A stretch of DNA of 64,000 nucleotides from Dehalococcoidia bacterium (GTDB lineage: Bacteria > Chloroflexota > Dehalococcoidia > Bin125). Made by a program: the position numbers and the translations under genes. Numbering within the stretch: position 1 is the first letter of the stretch; each line of letters begins with the position of its first letter. This document shows positions 37,897 to 46,024 of this stretch, in pieces. The stretch lies in contig OZ247431.1 in the NCBI GenBank assembly GCA_965232875.1, forward strand, positions 2,744,376-2,808,375, read 5' to 3'. A model generated the notes under the pieces. It had not been told where the DNA came from, made no database searches, and saw only the letters and a list, made by a program, of their open reading frames with translations.

Positions 37897-38891
37897 TGTC
37901 CGACGCGACGGTGCCTTCCATCCAGGTCGATGGCTGGAACGATTGGATTCGGATCTACAACGACGCCTCGGTCTGGCGGCCGCTGATTGACGCGATCTGT
38001 GCGAGGGAGGGGATCGGCTATCGGCAACTGCGCGCTGCCAGTGCCAACACCAACGCCGTCTTCCTCCTGGACCGGGCCTACGCGCTCAAGATCCACAGCC
38101 CGTTCTGGGACGAGTTCGAGTTTGAGCGGACGCTGCTCGAAGCGCTCAACGATCATGAGGAGATCCCCGTATCCGATGTCTTGGGCTACGGATACATCGC
38201 GGACGGTGGAGGAGGCTCCTGGCCTTACCTGATAACTCGCTACTGCGAGGCGCGGCCTTTCTCGGAGATTCGCGGCGAACTCTCCGACGAGGACGCCAGG
38301 TCGCTGGCAGCGCAACTCGGCGGAATCGTGCGAGCGCTTCACGACCTGGATGCAGGGCAGTTGACCAGCGACACGACTGAGCGGGTCTGGACCGATGTCG
38401 TATCAGAGCGGCGGCGGAAGGCGCTCGCAGAACTGACCGAGGCCGGGGTCCTGGAAGACGGCCTCGTTGAGCCGCTTGAGTCCCTGTTGGACAAGGCGAT
38501 TGCGGCTGACGTCCCAGGGTCACGGATCGTCGTGCATGGAGACCTCGGCGCGGATCACGTGCTCTGCGCGCGGGTCGAGGGCGGTTGGACGATTGACATG
38601 CTGATCGATTTTGGGGATGCCAAGATCGGGGTGTTGGAGTATGAGTGGATGCCGGTCTGGATGGGGTTTTGCGGGCGCGATCCTGCTCTCGCTCGCGCTG
38701 TGCTCGAGGGATGTGGGCCGGGCTTGCTTGTTGACGGTGACTTCCCGACACGGGCGGTCGCCTGGACTCTGTTGCATGACTTCGGCGCCGATGAGCTGAT
38801 CAGCCAATGGCGAGAACGGGGTCAGCCGACGCCCATCGAGACGATGGAGGAGCTTGGAGCATTCCTCTGTCCAGCGTCGATCTTGCGATGA
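37893..38891 (+). CDS. aminoglycoside/choline-kinase-like phosphotransferase (APH family)
   Basis: Catalytic loop VVHGDLGADHVL (HGD motif) and IDFGDA (DFG). 332 aa. The start is either GTG 37893 or ATG 37896. Confidence 0.75.
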   Translation: MMSDATVPSIQVDGWNDWIRIYNDASVWRPLIDAICAREGIGYRQLRAASANTNAVFLLDRAYALKIHSPFWDEFEFERTLLEALNDHEEIPVSDVLGYGYIADGGGGSWPYLITRYCEARPFSEIRGELSDEDARSLAAQLGGIVRALHDLDAGQLTSDTTERVWTDVVSERRRKALAELTEAGVLEDGLVEPLESLLDKAIAADVPGSRIVVHGDLGADHVLCARVEGGWTIDMLIDFGDAKIGVLEYEWMPVWMGFCGRDPALARAVLEGCGPGLLVDGDFPTRAVAWTLLHDFGADELISQWRERGQPTPIETMEELGAFLCPASILR

Positions 38892-39103
38892 CTCAGGCCA
38901 GCCTCGCGATGGTGGTGATCTCGGGGCTGGTCTCAGTGAGCGGCTGGATGTGTTCTGCAGCATCGAGCAGTTGCCTGAGTCGATTTCGCGAGACGCTCTT
39001 TCAAGGCAGCCGCAATGACGACGGCGAGTTCGGTGACCATGGCAACACGGACAGCAGTTGAGCCGGCAAGCTGGCGAATCCCGTTAGTGAGCGCGTTTCA
39101 CAC

Positions 39104-40492
39104 TTAGGCCGTTGCCAGTTGCAGTTTCGACTTCAGGTACTCCATCCCGCGATCACCCTTGATGCTGTTGCAATGACCGCAGAGGAGCTGGAGGTTCTCG
39201 ATGTGGTCGGTGCCGCCCTTTGATTGGGCGATGATGTGGTCGACTGTCAGGTGCTGGGGCTGGAAGTGCGTGCCGCAGCCGGCGCAGTCGCCGCCCTGCT
39301 GACCGTATAGCTGCTGCTTGTTGGCGGCCGAGTTGTAGGTAGGCAGCGGCCCCAAGTCGGTGCGCTGGGGGATGTCCTTGCGGTGCACGATGTTGCGCCA
39401 CAAGCCCTGGTCGGCCTCGACACGCTGGACGATTAGCTCGGCTGCCTTGGCCGACAGGTCGATGCCGACCCAGTCGCGCTGCAGGCGGTCGGCGGCGACC
39501 AGCGTCGTCGCGCAGCCGCAGAACGGGTCAAGCACCATATCACCCTCGTTCGATGATGCCTTGATGATCCGTTCAAGCAGTGCGAGCGGCTTCTGTGTCG
39601 GATAGCCCATCCGCTCCTTGGCCTGTGCGCTTACCGGGTTGATATCGGTAATCACGTCGCCAGCCGCTCGTCCTTGTTGTTCATCAAGGTAGCGCTTCAG
39701 TCTTGGCCGTCGGTCCGTAGATGCCGGATACCAGATGCGCCCTTCGTCGTGGAGGCGCTGCATCGTTTCCCGCTCATAGCGCCAGCCCTTCTCCGGGGGC
39801 GGGAAGCCGCGCCAGGTGTAGGTCATGTTTGGTCTTGGGTTGGGGCTGGTCATATTGTCCAGCATGTAACGCCTGCCAGACTCATCGCTGTGGCGATAGA
39901 ACCGATTCACGTACTCCTCGTCGTGAGGTTCCCACGCTCCGTTCCAGGTCGCCTCCGAACCGCGAACGTAGTACAGCAGCGTGTCGTGGATTCGGCCATA
40001 TCGTCTGGCGTCAGATCGACTGCTCGTCCGTTTCCAAGAGATCTCATTCTTGAAGTTCCGACGTCCGAACACAGCGTCCATGAGCAACTTGAGGTAGTGG
40101 CTCATCGTTGGGTCGCAATGCAGGTAGATCGAGCCGGTCGGCTTGAGCAGGCGGGGCATCTCCAACAGCCGCGCCGCCATGTAGGCCAAGTAGCTTTTGT
40201 CCGAGTCTGTTAACGCTGCCAACAGCACGCGATGCACGGCAGGGTGCTTCTGCTCGATCAGGTTGATCCACTCGGCGTCGACGTCGGAGAGCGACCAGGT
40301 GTCCTTGAACGCGGCGCCGGCGGCGGCCGAGCCGATCGGCGCGGCGTAGTTGGCGTTCGAGTTGAACGGCGGGTCGAGATAGATCAGGTCGACGGTCTCG
40401 GAGTTCATGCCTCGCATGATTTCGAGGCAGTCGCCCGTCCAGATCGTGCCGGTGGCGAAGTTCTGCGAACTGCTGTGGGGGTTGCTGGTCAC
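39104..40492 (-). CDS. DNA methyltransferase (N6_N4_Mtase) fused to C-terminal HNH endonuclease; copy 2 with a different, longer central segment
   Basis: The N-terminal about 150 aa and C-terminal about 160 aa are over 90% identical to copy 1 at protein and DNA level. The central segment of about 140 aa is unrelated. The start was set at GTG about 40492 (MTSNPHSSSQNFATGTIW...); the ORF-track ORF extends to 40729 through a non-coding R2 repeat. Confidence 0.8.
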   Translation of the reverse strand: MTSNPHSSSQNFATGTIWTGDCLEIMRGMNSETVDLIYLDPPFNSNANYAAPIGSAAAGAAFKDTWSLSDVDAEWINLIEQKHPAVHRVLLAALTDSDKSYLAYMAARLLEMPRLLKPTGSIYLHCDPTMSHYLKLLMDAVFGRRNFKNEISWKRTSSRSDARRYGRIHDTLLYYVRGSEATWNGAWEPHDEEYVNRFYRHSDESGRRYMLDNMTSPNPRPNMTYTWRGFPPPEKGWRYERETMQRLHDEGRIWYPASTDRRPRLKRYLDEQQGRAAGDVITDINPVSAQAKERMGYPTQKPLALLERIIKASSNEGDMVLDPFCGCATTLVAADRLQRDWVGIDLSAKAAELIVQRVEADQGLWRNIVHRKDIPQRTDLGPLPTYNSAANKQQLYGQQGGDCAGCGTHFQPQHLTVDHIIAQSKGGTDHIENLQLLCGHCNSIKGDRGMEYLKSKLQLATA

Positions 40493-40526
40493 TTGTCCGG
40501 TTCCTGTTAGTAGTCGTCGTCTCGTC

Positions 40527-40559
40527 GAGATACCCGCGGCAAGCGCGGGTATGACGGAG
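40527..40559. repeat. partial R2 element (second hairpin) just upstream of MTase-HNH copy 2
   Basis: GAGATACCCGCGGCAAGCGCGGGTATGACGGAG read directly. Confidence 0.7.
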
Positions 40560-40613
40560 CGTGGGAGGAAAACGACGAGAAGACAGACCTTCCTGCCGAA
40601 CCTCGCTTTGAGG

Positions 40614-41363
40614 CTAGCCAGCAGCATCCGGAGCGGCGTCAGCCACGGACTGATGCGGTGGATCGGCGATGCGGGGCGGGGCGACCATCTTCTGCGCGTC
40701 CAGCAGCTTCTTGATGACCTCGAAGTCATCTTCGGTCAACGGCTTGACCGAAGTAAGGGTGAACGAATTCCCGTCGTACAGCGCACCCGAGATTGGTGGG
40801 GCAATAGTCGTGTCCCTACCAATACTGTTTGGCTCCTGTTGGGGTGCCACCGTCTCTGCTTTCTCTTCGGGGCTCGGAGCGGAGCTTCTGTGAGCCATTC
40901 TTGACGCCATGAAGCGCTCCGTCTCAAGATATACACGAGCGCACTTGGGCGCAGAGCTCGCGGTGAAATTCTGGCGCACCAGCCAAGCCTCCAGGCTCTT
41001 AGGTTGGGGCGTCTTGGAACCAGCGAATTGCTTGCGAATCCTCTGGAACAACGGAGGCGAGTCCGCAGCGCGCACCAAAGCTTCCCATTGTTCCTCTCCC
41101 TCCGCGAGGAGTATGTCCTTGGCAAGGTCGCTCACCCGATACGATCCTTGGCTGGGTGTATCGATCAGTGCATACTGCCTCAAGGTGGAGATCCACGCTA
41201 GAGCTGCCCCACCTCGGGGCGAGTCGTAGCCTGCCGCAGCCGCCAGCGCTGGCGCGTCGATCTCGATAGAACTGTGAGACTGGAACACTTCGTTGATCTT
41301 CGCGATCGAAGCCTCGAGGCTATGACTCGGGTGCTTTGGGCTGCGCGGTCTCTTGCTTGGCAT
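40614..41363 (-). CDS. hypothetical protein immediately upstream of (same strand as) MTase-HNH copy 2
   Basis: 249 aa, Pro/Ala-rich low-complexity stretches, no recognised domain. May or may not be real. Confidence 0.35.
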   Translation of the reverse strand: MPSKRPRSPKHPSHSLEASIAKINEVFQSHSSIEIDAPALAAAAGYDSPRGGAALAWISTLRQYALIDTPSQGSYRVSDLAKDILLAEGEEQWEALVRAADSPPLFQRIRKQFAGSKTPQPKSLEAWLVRQNFTASSAPKCARVYLETERFMASRMAHRSSAPSPEEKAETVAPQQEPNSIGRDTTIAPPISGALYDGNSFTLTSVKPLTEDDFEVIKKLLDAQKMVAPPRIADPPHQSVADAAPDAAG

Positions 41364-41717
41364 GTTGCTCTCCTTGTGCTTATGCCGTCCTGGATATTGT
41401 GCCTACAAGTTAGCCACAAGTTCAGGATCTTGTCAAGAGCACACGGGCGCAAATCAGAAAATCAGTCAGAAAGCAGGCTAGGTCGGCACAATCCACTACT
41501 CGTCACTATCCGCCGCGATGGGGGTCGGTCGTGGATCTCCAACGTTGCATTGGTGGGCCCTCGAAGACCGTGTTGCGAACTTTTTCTTGGGACGCGACTC
41601 TCTGACGGCCCTCGCCTGAGGACCGTTGCCTCACCGGCCGGGTAGGTACTCCCTGAAGCGAGCGTACACACGTAGTCGCCGATTGCGATGTGCGTCGGAG
41701 TGGCGTACATTGCCTGC

Positions 41718-41996
41718 ATGAAAACTGAGACCAAGGTGGAACGTTGGACAATCCGAGTCTCGCCGTCCGACGACATGATTGTCCGCAGAGTCGTGGCGGA
41801 GAGCGGAATGTCGCTCAGTGAGTACGTGGTTCGTCACACGGTGTCAGCCGCGACCGCAGACCTTGCGGACCGGCGCGTCTTCGCGCTGTCGGCAGAGTCC
41901 TGGTCAGAGCTTCAAAACCTCCTCGATCAGCCGGTGTCGCCCAAACCCCGGCTCCGCACGCTGCTTGCACAGCCCTCCATCTTGGAGTCCGAGTGA
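41718..41996 (+). CDS. tacA: DUF1778 (TacA-family, RHH) type II antitoxin
   Basis: ERWTIRVSPSDDMIVRRVVAESGMSLSEYVV...ADRRVFALSAESWSELQNLLDQPVSPKPRLRTLL matches the DUF1778 family pattern (RxxxFxLxxxxWxxFxxxLdxP....LrxLL). 4-bp overlap with the downstream GNAT stub. Confidence 0.7.
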   Translation: MKTETKVERWTIRVSPSDDMIVRRVVAESGMSLSEYVVRHTVSAATADLADRRVFALSAESWSELQNLLDQPVSPKPRLRTLLAQPSILESE

Positions 41997-42262
41997 GCGG
42001 CTACCGCGGGCCTGTACTCCTCACGCCAAACCATCTGCTGGATCGTTTCGACTGCGACGACGACGCGCCGGTGCTTACGATCTCGGGCGGTAGCGCGATT
42101 ACGGCCAGAAAGGCGGTTCGCTCCCGTTGTGCGGGTCGGCGCTCCGATGGTGGGGCGACGGTTCCTCAGTACAGATCGCCCGAAAGAAGCCGACTTTCCC
42201 TCCGCGTCGCTGCTACCTTGGGTGTCCTTGAACGCGATATCGGGTCCTTGGGTCTTGCTTGA
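41993..42262 (+). pseudogene. truncated GNAT-family (TacT-like) toxin gene; only about 30 N-terminal residues remain recognisable
   Basis: VLLTPNHLLDRFDCDDDAPVL resembles a TacT N-terminus (...H..s.FDCG...L). The remainder has no GNAT acetyl-CoA motif, and the ORF collides with the convergent CD-NTase gene. Confidence 0.4.
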
Positions 42263-43856
42263 ATCGCTTGATCTCTCCGAGATGGCAACGTTTGTACTTT
42301 CGTCCGCTGCCGCAAGCGCAGGGATCATTCCTCCTCAAACACTGCATGGCGATATCGGCAAGGGAAGACAGATACTGCTGGAAACCGAGCTCGCCATGGC
42401 CGTACTCGTCCCAGAGGTGCTGCCTGGCAGCCTGAATGCCGTATCGGTCGGTGTACCCCAATCGGTAGAAGAATGGGGTCACCATTTCATCCATAAACTC
42501 CCTGAGCGTCGTGCGACGGTCCGCCAACAGCTGAAGGCCCAGACAGCAAGAGCCGTCCCGATAGACGTGGAGATCGAAGCTGTCAATGCGTTCCCTTACA
42601 GCGATTCGCTCATGATCTCCGCCAACCTCGTAGACCTTCGGCCAACCATTCTGGTCAAAGGAGTCCAGGTCGATCCGGATCGAGAATGAGTCGCAGAGGA
42701 ACGTTTCCATTCTCTCGGTTGCATCGTCGCAGCCAATCAACAGCTTCCCTGCTTCCCCGTCGTACGCGGCACGCAACTCCAACTCACCTTCGATGAGCGC
42801 GGCCTCCGAGTCGCAACTGAGGCCGGGGAATTCCGAAGTCAACCACTCGAGCTCAACAGGGCTCAAGCTGAGCCGCCCTCGGGATGGAATGGCGCCCACA
42901 GCGGCATACGGCCTGCTCGGCGTGACTGTTCTCGGTGCCGTCTTCGCCACGGAGCGGTTTGCTGAGACAGCCACGCTGCCGAAGCCGTCCCCGAAGAGCG
43001 CCCGCCACTTTCTGACGCTCGACTGCTCGTCTTGGTCCTCGTATGCCTCCCTTACTCTCGTGGCATAGCTGGAGATCATGTCCCTGAAGCGGTCGTACTT
43101 GTCCTGATCCCAGTGCCGCGTGAAGGTCTCGCTTGGCAGAACGGGATTACGGATATCGGGCATGAATGGATGAGACTGGAGATATCTGTCGAGCCGTGTG
43201 ATCACGGTCAGCAGCGCATCGGGAATGGTCTTGAACTCTGTGTCGTCTTCCCAGTCGTAGACCGTGCTGCCAATCAGCATGGTGAGCAGGATCGACGGTG
43301 CCGTGAAGGTCTTCTTGTGGTCTCTCAGGTACTTCAGCAATCGCGTGACCAGCTTGAGATTGCCGTTGGTGATCCGGTTCTTCTGGTTGAACCAGTCGCG
43401 GTATCCGTTACCGTCCGTTGGCTCGAACCCGTTGGTCTTGCGGTTGCAGATGAAGTGGCTGCCGTTGAGGGTGATGCAGGGAACTAAGTCGATATTGAAA
43501 TCGTCCGCATAGTTGACGGTGATGCACCTAGTCTTCCTCTGAGCTTTGTCGGTATAGTTGCCGTTGTCCTTGAGACACTCGTACACGTCGTCGATGTAGT
43601 CCTTCGCTGACTTGGTTTCATCGAACTCCAAGTAAACGAGGCGGTCCACATCGAACTCGTCGCTGTCTTTGACCGGTCTGATCGTTGTGCGGAGGGCGTA
43701 TGAGCCTTGCCTCTCGGTCGTCTCGAACCCGACCAGATGCTGGGCCAGGTAATCGCTGACGGCCTTGTCGCTCCTCTTCAACCGCTCGTACCGAGTAGGG
43801 TTGAGATTCACGTGTCCGCTCATGAATTGACGGAAGTCGTCGACTCGCCTTGTCAT
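42213..43856 (-). CDS. CBASS cyclic oligonucleotide synthase (SMODS/CD-NTase-type nucleotidyltransferase) with about 250-aa unrecognised Cys-rich C-terminal extension ending in a SEC-C-like motif
   Basis: NTase signature GSYALRTTIRPVKDSDEFDVDRLV (GS...SDxDxxV) plus the downstream acidic residue in NYADDFNIDLVPC. 547 aa against a typical 300-400. C-terminal CACGSGRKYKRCH. 4-bp overlap with the patatin gene upstream. Confidence 0.7.
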   Translation of the reverse strand: MTRRVDDFRQFMSGHVNLNPTRYERLKRSDKAVSDYLAQHLVGFETTERQGSYALRTTIRPVKDSDEFDVDRLVYLEFDETKSAKDYIDDVYECLKDNGNYTDKAQRKTRCITVNYADDFNIDLVPCITLNGSHFICNRKTNGFEPTDGNGYRDWFNQKNRITNGNLKLVTRLLKYLRDHKKTFTAPSILLTMLIGSTVYDWEDDTEFKTIPDALLTVITRLDRYLQSHPFMPDIRNPVLPSETFTRHWDQDKYDRFRDMISSYATRVREAYEDQDEQSSVRKWRALFGDGFGSVAVSANRSVAKTAPRTVTPSRPYAAVGAIPSRGRLSLSPVELEWLTSEFPGLSCDSEAALIEGELELRAAYDGEAGKLLIGCDDATERMETFLCDSFSIRIDLDSFDQNGWPKVYEVGGDHERIAVRERIDSFDLHVYRDGSCCLGLQLLADRRTTLREFMDEMVTPFFYRLGYTDRYGIQAARQHLWDEYGHGELGFQQYLSSLADIAMQCLRRNDPCACGSGRKYKRCHLGEIKRFKQDPRTRYRVQGHPR

Positions 43857-44821
43857 TCGTTGTCCTCCAAACTGGTCAATATGGTCTCGCCGTACAGGCT
43901 GAAATCTCGGTTGGCTAGCGCTTTGAGGGTCTGCAGGTGCGTCGTGTCATCCAGCCTCCAGGACTGAATCTCTGGGTCGAGCCGTATGTGGCGATCGCCG
44001 AGCAGCAGCTTTGCCATGTTGGTTGACGCCTGAGACTGCAGGCCCAGCACGTAGCCGACCAGTTTTTCGCCGCCCCAGCCGGTCAGCAAGCCCCAGGATC
44101 TGCCCTCAGTGAAGAAACTGGCAGTGCGCCCGGTTCCGAGAGAAAGCACGCGTATCTGCCCGAGCGGTCGGCCGAATCTGGACAGCGCCTCCGTGACCGC
44201 AATGATCGTGGGGTTATTGGCCCAGAGTCCGCCATCTGCGAGGAGGTATTCGCCGACCTGCCTGGGGTCGAAGTATGCTGGCGCGGCGCAGGACGCCAAG
44301 ATTGCGTCTCTCAGTCGAACATCACCGTCCCGCAGGTAGGGACCGCCCAAGTCCTTCAGGTACCGAGACTTGAAGACATGCGCATTGCCGGTCGAAATGT
44401 CTGAGCTGGTGATCATCAGAGGGGTTGTGATTTCCCCCATGGTGACTGACGGCAGGTATTCGCCGATTGCATTGTGAAGGGGTTCAGTCGAATAGCGGCT
44501 GCGCAGAAAGGGAAAGCAGCTGAATCTCTTCGTCTTGAAAATGCGGTCGGCCTGACTCTCGAAGAGCTCGACGACAGTCCGCATCGGGATCTCTGTCGCT
44601 GCTGCGCCCGCCAATATCGATCCGGTGCTGGTTCCCGCGATAAGGTCGAAGCACTCACTCACGGGCGCCATGAGCGCGTCTTCCAGTTTCGCGAGTACGT
44701 GCGCGGCATACACCCCTCTGATGCCGCCCCCGTCTAACGCAAGAATGCTGAACGAGTCGTTGCGTCGCATCACGAGCCACTCGTTCTCCGATTCGCTGCC
44801 GGTAGCCGGCCGAGCATCCAC
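43853..44821 (-). CDS. capV: patatin-like phospholipase (CBASS effector CapV-like)
   Basis: LALDGGGIRG (oxyanion), GTSTGS (GxSxG nucleophile), DGG (catalytic Asp). Alternative starts GTG 44821 or ATG 44770. Confidence 0.85.
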   Translation of the reverse strand: MDARPATGSESENEWLVMRRNDSFSILALDGGGIRGVYAAHVLAKLEDALMAPVSECFDLIAGTSTGSILAGAAATEIPMRTVVELFESQADRIFKTKRFSCFPFLRSRYSTEPLHNAIGEYLPSVTMGEITTPLMITSSDISTGNAHVFKSRYLKDLGGPYLRDGDVRLRDAILASCAAPAYFDPRQVGEYLLADGGLWANNPTIIAVTEALSRFGRPLGQIRVLSLGTGRTASFFTEGRSWGLLTGWGGEKLVGYVLGLQSQASTNMAKLLLGDRHIRLDPEIQSWRLDDTTHLQTLKALANRDFSLYGETILTSLEDNE

Positions 44822-44908
44822 GAAGGATTTTCCTCTCGTCTACTCTGGGCAGATCGCGGCAAGAATCCGGTGATTCCGACATAATCCAGAAGATGGGCGG
44901 GCTCGATC

Positions 44909-44947
44909 GGTTTACACATGTTGAGAGTGTACCATGATTTGTAAACC
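44909..44947. promoter_or_regulatory. 8-bp inverted repeat GGTTTACA-N23-TGTAAACC in the capV / regulator divergent promoter, just upstream of the regulator RBS
   Basis: Read directly. A GGAGGAA RBS and the ATG at 44964 follow. Confidence 0.45.
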
Positions 44948-44963
44948 GAATGGAGGAACTCCA

Positions 44964-46016
44964 ATGTTCAGTGAACGTCTCAAGCTCGCCCGAAGACGCA
45001 GTGGCCTGTCGTTACGCGCACTGTCCTCGGTCGCAGGGGGCATCGTCTCGGCCCAAGCAATCGGCAAGTATGAGCGGGGAGAGATGATGCCGAGTTCGAC
45101 CGTGACGATCGCCCTCGCGGAAGCCCTCGACGTACCCGTGAGCTATCTCTTGAGTCCGACGAAAGTCTCTTTGAACTCGGTCGAGTTCAGAAGGCCGACC
45201 TCAATCAAGGTTCGGGAGAGCGCGTCAGTGGAGGCAGAGGTCCTCGATCAGGTGGATCGTTACTTGCAGGTCGAGGAGATCCTCGGGATTGACACCTCCC
45301 GGCACGACAACCCAGTTGGTGCTCCATTTCCGATCGCCTCCGTGGAAGAGGTGGAAGTGGCCGCCCAGCGTCTTCGCGACGCATGGAACCTTGGTGGCGG
45401 CCCGATCCCGGATATGCCTGAGCTGCTGGAGGAACGCGGCATTAAGGTGTTCAGGCTTGACCTGCCTGGATCGGTAGATGGCCTCAGTTGCCGAGTGCGT
45501 CAAGCGGACGGAGACGACATTCCTGCAGTGGTCTACTCGACGGGAACCTCCCTCGAACGAGAACGATTCACAATCGCGCACGAACTGGGTCACATGGTCA
45601 TGGATATCCCGTCCTCATTGGACAAGGAGCGAGCCTGTCAGCGCTTTGCCGGTGCGTTCATAGCGCCCGCAGAGGAGTTGGTTCGCGAGCTCGGACGCCA
45701 CCGGCACAACTTCGGATTCGCCGAGCTCATCGAGATCAAGCACATGTTCGGCATCAGCGCCGCCGCGCTCGTCATGCGGATGCGGGACCTGCGGATCATC
45801 ACGGACACCACCGTTAGCGCCATTTTCGACGGCATCGGAAGCAGTTGGAGAACAGATGAACCGGCGCCACTAAAGGAAGCCGAGAGCCATTCACGGTTCC
45901 GGCGCCTGTGTCTCAGAGCTCTTGCTGAGAATGAGATTTCTCAATCCAAGGCTTCGGAGCTGTTGAGGCTCAAAGTCAGCGAGATCGAGAAGATCATGGC
46001 TGGCTCGAACATCTAG
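44964..46016 (+). CDS. fused XRE-family HTH / ImmA-IrrE zinc metallopeptidase (CapH-CapP-like CBASS regulator)
   Basis: N-terminal HTH (RLKLARRRSGLSLRALSSVAGGIVSAQAIGKYERGE), HEXXH in FTIAHELGHMVMD. Divergent to the capV-NTase operon. The ORF track starts at 44934; the ATG with an RBS at 44964 is preferred. Confidence 0.8.
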   Translation: MFSERLKLARRRSGLSLRALSSVAGGIVSAQAIGKYERGEMMPSSTVTIALAEALDVPVSYLLSPTKVSLNSVEFRRPTSIKVRESASVEAEVLDQVDRYLQVEEILGIDTSRHDNPVGAPFPIASVEEVEVAAQRLRDAWNLGGGPIPDMPELLEERGIKVFRLDLPGSVDGLSCRVRQADGDDIPAVVYSTGTSLERERFTIAHELGHMVMDIPSSLDKERACQRFAGAFIAPAEELVRELGRHRHNFGFAELIEIKHMFGISAAALVMRMRDLRIITDTTVSAIFDGIGSSWRTDEPAPLKEAESHSRFRRLCLRALAENEISQSKASELLRLKVSEIEKIMAGSNI

Positions 46017-46024
46017 GCGAACCG

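Noticed and set aside
40493-40729. N-terminal 79 codons of the ORF-track ORF 39104-40729
   Set aside because: This stretch runs through a partial R2 non-coding repeat and has no counterpart in paralog copy 1, which starts at the homologous MATPNFAS position. The GTG start at about 40492 is preferred.
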